Assembly: GCA_017303475.1 (NCBI GenBank) | Contig: JAFLBO010000014.1 | Span: 76,782-140,781 of the forward strand | DNA: 64,000 nucleotides | From: Chitinophagales bacterium | GTDB taxonomy: Bacteria; Bacteroidota; Bacteroidia; Chitinophagales; Saprospiraceae | Reading direction: 5' to 3' | Part shown: piece by piece, positions 56,552-64,000 of the stretch | Layout of the letters: each line of letters starts with the position of its first letter | Position numbering within the stretch: position 1 is the first letter of the stretch | Program-made: the position numbers and the translations under genes | Notes under the pieces: model-generated | The model's input: the letters and a program-made list of their open reading frames with translations, nothing else | Told to the model about the DNA's origin: nothing | Database searches by the model: none

Positions 56552-58342
56552 TTACGGGATACCGTTAAATCTTCCGCCTTGAAGCCCTTCTACCCAAAGG
56601 TTCAATTGTTGATAGAACAACTGACAGCTATCATTGGGAGGCATGCTGATATAAAAGGTAGCCTCTTTCCCGACCGGTAGGATCTCCGGTACGATTTCAT
56701 CCGTTCGCATTACAGCTTCACCACTTGCATCTGTGATTTTCAGCCGGTAGTTGCCAAGTTCTTCGGTGAGTATTGACCTCACTTCCATCACTACATCCTC
56801 CAATTCAGACGCGATGCAAAGAATACTGTCATGCTTTGAAAATACCTTGTACCCTTTGTTCACAAGGCGGAGCAAAATCCGATCTATAAATATATGGCTC
56901 TCGCGTTGCTGAAGCAAAATGGCGAATTGCTCGTTTCCGTTGTTCTTTTTGTAAGCGTCGATGAGTCTTATCAAAGTAGGGAAAATTTTCTTCAATTGCC
57001 TTTTCCCTTCCCCTTGAGATTTATACTTGGCGAAGAAGATCTCAAATGCAAATAGCTTTGCATCTCTGACGTTTTGCAGGTTTAGTTTGTCCTTTATATA
57101 TTCATAGATTTTTCCGCTTTTTGCAAGTTGTATAAAGTGAAGTAAATCGCTGGGCAAACTATGCAAACTTCCAGAGAAAACGCCATAGTCACTTCTTTTT
57201 CGATTAATATCCACATCAGAATTGGCGGACATAAGTGCGGCGACTGGATGATGTTGGGTGGAGCCGTTTATGTATTGGATGACATACCTGGTAAATGTAT
57301 AGGATGAGTCTGAATTGGTTGAGAACATTAACTTTTGAGTTGTAGGTGTTTCCAATTTGAGAATTTGGTTTAGCTCATTTCGAAAGTGATCTTTTTCTAT
57401 AAGGTCAGCCAATATCGTAAACTGTGAATTGGCTAAGTCAATCGAATATAACGATTCATCATTAAGCCTTAGGTGTGGTAAGAGAAGTGAAGGAAATGAA
57501 GTAAGATTTGAATCCAGCCGATTATTAGTCTTATTCCTCTTAGCGTAAAATGACCTGTACTGAAACTGGGCTATACTATAACCGTAGCTTTGTCTTAGGT
57601 GGTATTTCTTCAGATCGTAATAAAGTTCTGGCTTTTCAATAACAAATTTGTTTTTGTCCTTGATCAGTGAATAACCTCTTTCGTTTGCTATTTGTCTTAC
57701 AAGCCAAGCCACGTGTTCAATCTTATCATCAAGAAAGTATGGCAACTCAGTGGAATCTGCTTTTACAAACCGGTCGTCCTGGATTTCGTAATCAATCTGA
57801 ATCTTCTCTTTGAACCCGCCTTCCTGGATATACGTATTCAGCTCAGTCTTTGCAGCCCGGACATTCAGTTTTAGTAATCTCATCATGCGCCTGGTATGCT
57901 TGGCAACTATGGAATTGTCCTTCCGTTTGTAGTTGACCTCGCTTATAATAGTCTCGTATTCTACGGTAGTTACATCTTCGCTCAAATGTTTTGGATTAAT
58001 ACGATAGGACTTACAAAACTTGTTGCCTTCAAAATTTGAGTAGCTTCTTGTGGATTGTATGATGCCGTGTTTTTTCATCAGGTTCAACGTGCGCTCGTAG
58101 TGCTCATCTATGGCTTTCTGCCAGTAAGTTGAAGGAATTTCGACATATTTTCCAGCAACCTGAGATGCCTTGTAGAGGATGTGAAGTGCATGGAGCATTT
58201 TGTCTCTTTGAACTTCTGATTTTACCGGAATTGTGTTGACAGCTTCGAGTACGCGTGTGTGTATCACGGTCAGTCTTTTTTTCTTCTTACTTTTCATGTT
58301 TGTTTTCTTAATAATCGTAGTGCCATCGAACCTTCCGGCCAC
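56552..58342 (-). CDS. Hypothetical protein with a divergent family-A (Pol I/T7-like) polymerase palm-fingers core in aa ~270-510
   Basis: Motif look-alikes in canonical order: TNNRLDSNLTSFP; LYSIDLANSQFTILADL; VRDAKLFAFEIFFAKY; LQQRESHIFIDRIL; KVFSKHDSILC. The track start at 58342 is GTG; the probable start is ATG 58297 (MKSKKKKRL). The CDS itself is solid; the functional call is tentative. Confidence 0.5.
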   Translation of the reverse strand: MAGRFDGTTIIKKTNMKSKKKKRLTVIHTRVLEAVNTIPVKSEVQRDKMLHALHILYKASQVAGKYVEIPSTYWQKAIDEHYERTLNLMKKHGIIQSTRSYSNFEGNKFCKSYRINPKHLSEDVTTVEYETIISEVNYKRKDNSIVAKHTRRMMRLLKLNVRAAKTELNTYIQEGGFKEKIQIDYEIQDDRFVKADSTELPYFLDDKIEHVAWLVRQIANERGYSLIKDKNKFVIEKPELYYDLKKYHLRQSYGYSIAQFQYRSFYAKRNKTNNRLDSNLTSFPSLLLPHLRLNDESLYSIDLANSQFTILADLIEKDHFRNELNQILKLETPTTQKLMFSTNSDSSYTFTRYVIQYINGSTQHHPVAALMSANSDVDINRKRSDYGVFSGSLHSLPSDLLHFIQLAKSGKIYEYIKDKLNLQNVRDAKLFAFEIFFAKYKSQGEGKRQLKKIFPTLIRLIDAYKKNNGNEQFAILLQQRESHIFIDRILLRLVNKGYKVFSKHDSILCIASELEDVVMEVRSILTEELGNYRLKITDASGEAVMRTDEIVPEILPVGKEATFYISMPPNDSCQLFYQQLNLWVEGLQGGRFNGIP

Positions 58343-58571
58343 GGCAATTACAATTGTTGAATGTGATAGAAATTATGGCAAAGCATGTCTGAACTCTTGT
58401 GAAGGGCACACTTATTTGCCCTTACAAAAGCCTACGCTTATTAAAGTTATGGGGAGTGAATTTACCGAGGCGTATCTCCATTGGTTATTCCGGAATGCTT
58501 ACCTGTTAGAGATTTTCCAGTGCCGCAAAACCTTCGACACTTTTGAATCGCATTCGTCGGGTGCGGGAGCC

Positions 58572-58826
58572 TTAGACTTTTATCTCGCCTTCACGGTACA
58601 TTCTCCTTAATGGCGACTCCGACACCTGGAGTACTTTAGCAGCCTCGGTGCAAGTAAGGATTTTATCAGGTAATGGCTTTGAGGTAAGTGTACTATTCTG
58701 CGATAGTAACGGCTTGATCTTATCAACAACGTGTTCGGCAATTTTTCCTGCGCCACGTTCAATAACTTTGTCTCCAACCTTGTTGGTAAACTCCTCGATG
58801 CCCATCTTGGTGAAATAATCTGTCAT
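58572..58826 (-). CDS. Excisionase/MerR-type helix-turn-helix protein
   Basis: C-terminal LTCTEAAKVLQVSESPLRRMYREGEIKV. Confidence 0.6.
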   Translation of the reverse strand: MTDYFTKMGIEEFTNKVGDKVIERGAGKIAEHVVDKIKPLLSQNSTLTSKPLPDKILTCTEAAKVLQVSESPLRRMYREGEIKV

Positions 58827-59461
58827 GCGTCTGCGACCGTGAAAGAATGGTATGTTTAGATTGTTCCAGCATTGAACACACTAAGGGCGTTTGAACCTGT
58901 ACACCGCGTCCAGCCGGATATTGCAGCAAAGTTATTGGTGACAACTTCGAAAAACCAAAAGGATTTTAAAGAAAATTCCGCAAAGGTGGATTTTTGTGTA
59001 AAAAAAATTTTAATAGAGCAAGATAATCAAAATATAATATCAAACAATCTTAGTTTTGACGTCAATCAGTCCTGGATGATTAACCTGGGATCGACTATTC
59101 TGCGACCGAATTAATTGTGCATTTTCCTCTCCTTCAACACACACATACTTTAGGAATTCTTTATGTGTGCGGTGTCCTGCGTCGCTTCAAATACCAACGT
59201 TTGATAAGCTACCTCGATGACCGTTTTGGTTTGAAGGTACTCCATATAGATGTCAAGATCGTTGAGCATATCGCAGAATTGGTTAAATCAAACACGCCCG
59301 TTCAGGTGTCATTTTTATAACAGGGTAGGTATAATTTCATTGGTGAGACTATCAGGGTAAGGGTTTCAAGGCAAAATTACTATGCATCAAGAATTAAACC
59401 GGTTATGCAAAGACAGGAAGATGTTTGCCCAATTGTGCGGCTTATCATTTTGTTGTTATTG

Positions 59462-59494
59462 TTGATGTTTTGCTATGATTTTATGCTACCTTTG
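59462..59494 (+). promoter_or_regulatory. Bacteroidota-type sigma-A promoter candidate for 59523..60224
   Basis: TACCTTTG at 59487-59494 matches the -7 consensus TAnnTTTG. A TTG at 59462-59464 lies 22 nt upstream. The element ends 28 nt before the ATG. Confidence 0.4.
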
Positions 59495-59522
59495 TTTTAT
59501 AAATAAAAGGGAGTAGAGAGAG

Positions 59523-60224
59523 ATGATGAATACCACAGAAGGTTTTGTTAGGAACCTTTTTCGCAGTGAAAAGCCTTCGGTCAGCACGGTAAACTTTGAT
59601 GATCCTGATGTTTGGGTATGTGACTTGCTCAACGAAAGTGCTGAACTCGCGAATGAATATATCAGATACCGGTTGGACAACGCTCATTCCAATGATAACA
59701 GGCTTTCCTTCCTCTATGATTGTCGGCATTGTTTTAAATGCGCCTTGGATGAACTGAGGTTTTATAAAGAAAACCCGGATTTTGTGATTGCCCCAACTTG
59801 CTGCGGTAACCCATACTATCATTCACCTGATGAGGGGATTTTGATTTATGAGCATGCTCTGAATAAAGTTGAACATGCCATTTGCCATTATCAGGACTGC
59901 GAAAAATTGGCATGTAGTGAAAGCCCCTCTGATGAGAAGCCGGTGAAGAATCCTGGGAATACAACAACCCGGCAGGTTTTGGCTATGTACTATCTTGCTG
60001 AACATCTTGGAATCTGGGGTAGGATTGACAAATCAGGATTGGAATCCTTTACCGAATTTTTCACCGGAAAAAGCTCGTCTGAAATCCATAAGAAGTTCAT
60101 AAGACCTTTGGACAATAAACAAGACGTTAAAGAAAGGAAGAAGGATTTCATGTTTGTCAAGGGGCATTTCGAAAGGTTGGGGCTCCGTGATGTAGTCGAA
60201 CAAATAAAAAGGGATATGGGGTGA
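59523..60224 (+). CDS. Hypothetical Cys-rich protein
   Basis: 233 aa with CRHCFKC, PTCCGNPYYH and ICHYQDCEKLAC. No family recognised. Confidence 0.5.
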   Translation: MMNTTEGFVRNLFRSEKPSVSTVNFDDPDVWVCDLLNESAELANEYIRYRLDNAHSNDNRLSFLYDCRHCFKCALDELRFYKENPDFVIAPTCCGNPYYHSPDEGILIYEHALNKVEHAICHYQDCEKLACSESPSDEKPVKNPGNTTTRQVLAMYYLAEHLGIWGRIDKSGLESFTEFFTGKSSSEIHKKFIRPLDNKQDVKERKKDFMFVKGHFERLGLRDVVEQIKRDMG

Positions 60225-60306
60225 TATTTGGGTGCACTCAAGGGTGCACCCATGCCTCTTTTTCATTAAAACCTTTGTGCCAACGATTATAAAAAAGAGT
60301 TGGCGT

Positions 60307-60639
60307 ATGCAAAACCCATTTTCAGAGCTTGACCAAAGGCTCACTTCGATAGAAAGCATTTTGCTTCAACTCCAAGCCAGTCTTTCCCAGCCCAAAGTCG
60401 ACGCCAGTCGGCTTCCGATAAATATTGACCGCGTGAGCGAGATGTCCAACCTTGCCAAACCCACCATCTACAGTCTGGTTGGAGCCAAAAAAATCCCGCA
60501 TGCCAAGCAGGGCAAAAAACTGTATTTTTTCGAGGATGAAATCATAGATTGGATTCGTCAAGGGAAGCGAAAGACACTGAGTGAAATCGAAGCGGAAGCG
60601 GCTACGCACCTCGAAAACCGCCGCCAAAAGAAAACCTGA
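60307..60639 (+). CDS. Excisionase-type helix-turn-helix DNA-binding protein
   Basis: Probable start ATG 60307 (MQNPFSELDQRL...). MSNLAKPTIYSLVGAKKIPHAKQGKKLYFFEDEIIDWIRQGK is typical of Bacteroidota mobile-element excisionase-like HTH proteins. Confidence 0.65.
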   Translation: MQNPFSELDQRLTSIESILLQLQASLSQPKVDASRLPINIDRVSEMSNLAKPTIYSLVGAKKIPHAKQGKKLYFFEDEIIDWIRQGKRKTLSEIEAEAATHLENRRQKKT

Positions 60640-60908
60640 TTCTTTCATATATCCTGGAGCATTGGAATCATGATTGACGGAATCACAGGCAAAATCACAG
60701 GTATATCAAATGAAGCATTCAGTCGGCGCTTGGATATCAATACAGCTGTCAATGACAACGCGTTGCCTGTCGTCATCGCTGAATGCCTGAAAGTATGCGG
60801 CCTGGCATTCAGAACCAACTCAGGGAATTGTTTGAAGGGCCCGCCAGTCCTTAAGCATTTCGGTTATTGTCAGGGAAAAACGACAGCAATGTAAACCATG
60901 CTGTAAAC

Positions 60909-60945
60909 CAAAAAAATAAGGGGTCACGTTTCTCAACGTAACCCC
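60909..60945 (-). terminator. Rho-independent terminator downstream of tRNA-Pro
   Basis: Minus strand reads GGGGTTACGTT GAGA AACGTGACCCC TTATTTTTTT. The stem is 11 positions with one mismatch, followed by a T-run. Confidence 0.6.
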
Positions 60946-60958
60946 TTGATAATGAATG

Positions 60959-61032
60959 TCGGGATACCAGGATTCGAACCTGGGACCCCCTGCTCCCAAA
61001 GCAGGTGCGCTACCGGACTGCGCTACATCCCG
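60959..61032 (-). tRNA. tRNA-Pro (anticodon TGG)
   Basis: Minus strand reads CGGGATGTAGCGCAGTCCGGTAGCGCACCTGCTTTGGGAGCAGGGGGTCCCAGGTTCGAATCCTGGTATCCCGA. It folds as a cloverleaf with anticodon loop TTTGGGA and T-loop GGTTCGAATCC. No encoded CCA. Confidence 0.95.
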
Positions 61033-61052
61033 AAATATTTCTTTCAATCCAG

Positions 61053-61141
61053 CGGATAGGCCGGGATTCGAACCCGGGGTACGGGGTTACCCGTACGTCG
61101 GTTTAGCAAACCGGTGGTTTCAGCCACTCACCCACCTATCC
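61053..61141 (-). tRNA. tRNA-Ser (anticodon GCT), class II with a long variable arm
   Basis: Minus strand reads GGATAGGTGGGTGAGTGGCTGAAACCACCGGTTTGCTAAACCGACGTACGGGTAACCCGTACCCCGGGTTCGAATCCCGGCCTATCCG. Anticodon loop TTGCTAA; variable stem-loop GTACGGGTAACCCGTAC. Confidence 0.95.
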
Positions 61142-61312
61142 AAATCGGGCCGCAAATATATGATGGGCCTTTTTAAATCTCAAAATCATTTTGAAACATT
61201 TTTTTAATTTCTTTAAAAAGAACCCAAAACAGGTGTTTTTGCCGCTTCTTTGAACCGTTTTCAACTTTTTGTCGGGGCAACACTACCTGTGTCACCCCGA
61301 CAAAAAGCTGCA

Positions 61313-64000
61313 CTATCTCTCTACAACAAACCTGCTCGTATATCGCTCGCCAGCTTCCGTACGCATCTCCAGGATGTACAAGCCGCTCACCATGCGTTCC
61401 GGCAAGTCAAACAACTGAATCTCCTCCGTTGCTGGTATCCCACGTTGCAATATTTGCCGGCCCTGGGCATCCAATACCCGTACCTGCAATACCTGCCCCG
61501 CCCAGGCAGAAAAATCAACGTACAACTCCCCGCCGGTCGGATTGGGGAACAACATCAATTCCGGTGTCTCCCGCACGATATCCCCCAATACCTGATCCCG
61601 CTCCTCGCCCGGCTGCTGACTGTTACCCGTAGGCGTTACACCAATCGGACAATAGAATGTGTTGAGGTGCGCCGCCAGGAAAATGTTGGGCGACAACTTG
61701 GAAATCACATGAATGTAGGTCACATTCGCTTGCGCCGGCAAGGTGTATTTGAATATGTCCGACTCCCCGTTGTGGATACCATCTGATACCGAAGAATACC
61801 GGATGGAGTACTGTGGTGAGAAGTTCGGGCTGCGCACCTTATACGCATTGCCCGAGGGTGCTGTGTAAATGGCGTCGTTGGCTGGTTCCATGGCCACAAG
61901 GCCGCTCGGAATTTGTATGGCTGTGTAAATGAGCCTGTTGTCGCAATTGTTTGTTACCCGTATCCGGTACGTGCGGTTTTTGCCGGCATCTTCCGTAATG
62001 GTCAGCAGCTCATACTTAACGCATCCCGCCACCTTGGTGTCGCATGGTTCATCCTCACCCACCGTTATGGTGAAACAACAGGACGCAGATTGGCCGCAGG
62101 CATCCTTAGCCTCAAAACAAACGCTGGTGGCTCCTTCCGGGAACAAAGCGCCTGAAACCGGGCCACTGGTGCGCACCACATCAAGCCCCGGACAAACACA
62201 GTTTGTGCCCGCCACCGGATCCTGATAGTTGACAACCACGCCGTTGACGCCGTTGGGCAATGCCACTACCTGCGGACTCGGACACAAAATGGTCACCTGA
62301 GATGGCGCCGGTGTGCTGAATACCAGCGTAAAAGTTGCCATGGTGTCGCATCCGCCGTTGGCTGCCGGAAATACAAGCTGTACAACCCCTGGCTGGGTGT
62401 ACACATTTCCGCCCAATACAATGCTCTCGCCCGGACAAAACTCAATGGTTTCATTGCGCACCGGCTGAGGCAGCTGAGTCAGTGTATAGGTTACAATTGT
62501 ATCGCAGGCCGTTGCAGAGCTCAGGGTGTCTATCACCACCGCCGACTGCGTATATACCTGTCCGCCAATGGTCACGGAACTTCCCGCGCAGAAGCTAATG
62601 GATTCTGTGCGTATCTGAAATGGCTGTTTAACCAGGGTAAAAGTGGCAATCGTATCGCAGCCAATGCTGGCCGGCAAGGTGTCAACCACTACGCCGGGCT
62701 GCGTATACACTTGTCCGTTTATGGTTACAGATCCACCTTCACAAAATACGATGGTCGCATTTTTGGTAGGGTAGGGATGCGCTGCAATGGTATAACTGCG
62801 CAGGGTATCGCAACCGCCAATCCCTTCAATAAACACAGTAAAGGTGGTGTCCTGCGTGTATTCCACGCCTTCAATGGTTAGGCTTTCTCCTGGACAAAGC
62901 TCCACGGCCAATTGTTCCTCCACCAATACCTCGCATTGGTTCTCCAGCGCCAAAGGCGCGGTCGGATGAAAGTCCTCAATTTTCAAGCTGAATTCTTCTG
63001 TGAATGCCAACTGCTGCATGGCTACCAGCAGGTTCACCGGATTTGAAATAATACTGGTTCCGGAAACAGCCGGTTGAATCAGGTCGCAATTGCCATCTAC
63101 AGTGGCAAACAGGGAGGTTTTGGCAATCAGCATCTGGCTGGGGCCGGTTTGCTGGCGGGTGGAAGCCACCAAAAACAGGTGATTGCCCTGTACAAGGATT
63201 TGCGACTGCACATTGGACAGGTTCGCCAAAAAGTCGTCAAAACCTAAATCTACTTTACGGGTCCAGGCCAGAGAACCGTTTTTATCGGTTTTGATCAGGT
63301 ATATATTGCCTGGTCCCACCAAATCGTGCGCTAAAATCAAAAAGCCGTCTGGCAAACTGATTAATTCGTCTGCTGCGATGCTGAGGGCTTCCGGAAAGTT
63401 GAAACGTTTGGCCCATTGCAGGTTGCCGCCCAGCCCGTGTTTGTACAGGAAAATAAGGCTGTTGGACAGGTTGTCGTCTTGTTCGCTGCCGTAACCTACC
63501 GAGTAAATGCTGTTGTCTTCAATCAGCAGGTCCATGCCATACAGTCGGGCTGGTTCGCCGGGCGCCACATGCCCCAGCCTTGCCCAGTCTACGTTTCCGG
63601 TTGCCAGGTCTATGCGCGACAGGGCGTGTCGCATGTCGGTAAAATCAACGCCGTTGGTATACCGGCCCACGCCAAACAGTTTGCCGTTATGGATCACTGC
63701 TGCGTTGAAATTATCTGCGCTGCCCAGATGAAGTTTCTGGTTCATTGCGCCAGCTACATCCACAGTGCCGTCAGAACGGGTAATCTCCATCAGCCGGTTG
63801 TCGTTGGTAGGACTGTGTGGATTGTCGTACACCAAATAGTTGCCATTGGGTAGTTCCAGCAATCCCATCGTATAGGCCGATTCGAAGCCGTACTCGCTCA
63901 GCCACAGGATATTGCCTGTATTGGGGTTGTACCGCAGGATGAAGCCTTTGGCGCCGGGCTGGAAGGGACCGCTTTGGCCAAGGCCGGCAATCATACCCTC
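61313..64000 (-). CDS. Large T9SS cargo protein (N-terminus probably beyond the right window edge): propeller-like region, 4-5 tandem Cys-framed ~46-aa repeats, HYR-like domain, T9SS sorting domain
   Basis: Repeats CDT(L/I/M)..(Y/F)T(I/L)......(N/T)(A/E)(T/S)I.FC.G.S(V/I).(I/L).G(Q/N)VYTQ... The HYR-like domain is CPSPQVVALPNG...SVCFEAKDACGQSASCCFTITV. C-terminus LMLFPNPTGGELYVDF...GLYILEMRT. Confidence 0.8.
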   Translation of the reverse strand, partial: EGMIAGLGQSGPFQPGAKGFILRYNPNTGNILWLSEYGFESAYTMGLLELPNGNYLVYDNPHSPTNDNRLMEITRSDGTVDVAGAMNQKLHLGSADNFNAAVIHNGKLFGVGRYTNGVDFTDMRHALSRIDLATGNVDWARLGHVAPGEPARLYGMDLLIEDNSIYSVGYGSEQDDNLSNSLIFLYKHGLGGNLQWAKRFNFPEALSIAADELISLPDGFLILAHDLVGPGNIYLIKTDKNGSLAWTRKVDLGFDDFLANLSNVQSQILVQGNHLFLVASTRQQTGPSQMLIAKTSLFATVDGNCDLIQPAVSGTSIISNPVNLLVAMQQLAFTEEFSLKIEDFHPTAPLALENQCEVLVEEQLAVELCPGESLTIEGVEYTQDTTFTVFIEGIGGCDTLRSYTIAAHPYPTKNATIVFCEGGSVTINGQVYTQPGVVVDTLPASIGCDTIATFTLVKQPFQIRTESISFCAGSSVTIGGQVYTQSAVVIDTLSSATACDTIVTYTLTQLPQPVRNETIEFCPGESIVLGGNVYTQPGVVQLVFPAANGGCDTMATFTLVFSTPAPSQVTILCPSPQVVALPNGVNGVVVNYQDPVAGTNCVCPGLDVVRTSGPVSGALFPEGATSVCFEAKDACGQSASCCFTITVGEDEPCDTKVAGCVKYELLTITEDAGKNRTYRIRVTNNCDNRLIYTAIQIPSGLVAMEPANDAIYTAPSGNAYKVRSPNFSPQYSIRYSSVSDGIHNGESDIFKYTLPAQANVTYIHVISKLSPNIFLAAHLNTFYCPIGVTPTGNSQQPGEERDQVLGDIVRETPELMLFPNPTGGELYVDFSAWAGQVLQVRVLDAQGRQILQRGIPATEEIQLFDLPERMVSGLYILEMRTEAGERYTSRFVVER

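Larger units (their letters stand above)
54950..60950. mobile_element. AT-rich islet abutting the 3' end of tRNA-Pro; a possible decayed integrative element (no integrase found)
   Basis: Visibly lower G+C than the flanks. It holds the only plus-strand genes of the window and two excisionase-type HTH genes, and it sits next to the tRNA. Boundaries are approximate. Confidence 0.3.

Noticed and set aside
60670-61207. Short ORFs 60670..60894 (+), 60820..61047 (-) and 60956..61207 (+).
   Set aside because: The last two are explained by the tRNA-Pro and tRNA-Ser genes and their terminator. The 74-aa ORF at 60670 has no features, so I cannot support it as a gene.
61250-61786. 178-aa plus-strand ORF at the 3' end of the large T9SS cargo gene.
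   Set aside because: It is antisense to the conserved T9SS sorting-domain region, so it is a shadow ORF.
1-64000. A scan by eye for CRISPR arrays, rRNA genes, IS elements with terminal inverted repeats, and retron-like or toxin-antitoxin pairs.
   Set aside because: I saw no regularly spaced direct repeats, rRNA-like sequence or transposase ORFs. The absence rests on visual inspection only.

Overview
This 64-kb window looks like a Bacteroidota chromosome. The evidence is nine type-IX-secretion (T9SS) C-terminal sorting domains, a TAnnTTTG-type promoter and several Bacteroidota-typical protein families. All calls come from reading the ORF track and the DNA by eye; family names are from memory and no searches were run. 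Almost every gene, and both tRNAs, is on the minus strand.

Positions 1 to about 42 kb form a dense copper/heavy-metal island:
- Two CusCBA-type RND efflux systems. One runs off the left edge. The other has a frameshift-split pump, the order pump-OMF-adaptor-adaptor, and two tandem adaptors.
- A CPH-type P1B ATPase with a His-rich N-terminus.
- Three multicopper oxidases: one HMBD-MCO-CopB-like triple fusion, one CueO-like, and one carrying a T9SS sorting domain.
- DUF3347, HMA and CxM..CPxCGM (HMBD) modules, three small Cys/His-rich secreted proteins, and a MerT-like/GDCCVxC fusion.
- A copper-radical-oxidase-like T9SS cargo protein and a His/Cys-decorated PKD protein.

A four-gene module is spliced onto the 5' side of the second RND operon through ATGA start/stop overlaps. 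It comprises a beta-CASP MBL hydrolase, a thymidine/AMP-phosphorylase-family protein, a PRPP-synthetase-family protein and a P2-type ATPase.

Positions 42-55 kb hold more T9SS cargo, an M43 protease, a Crp/Fnr regulator, an MbnP-like protein with two di-haem peroxidases, and an ECF sigma/anti-sigma pair.

Positions 55-61 kb are an AT-rich islet next to tRNA-Pro(TGG) and tRNA-Ser(GCT). It contains excisionase-type HTH genes but no integrase. It also contains a 596-aa ORF that, by eye, carries all family-A polymerase palm/fingers motifs. That ORF is my top candidate for something undescribed.

I saw no CRISPR array, rRNA gene or recognisable IS element.
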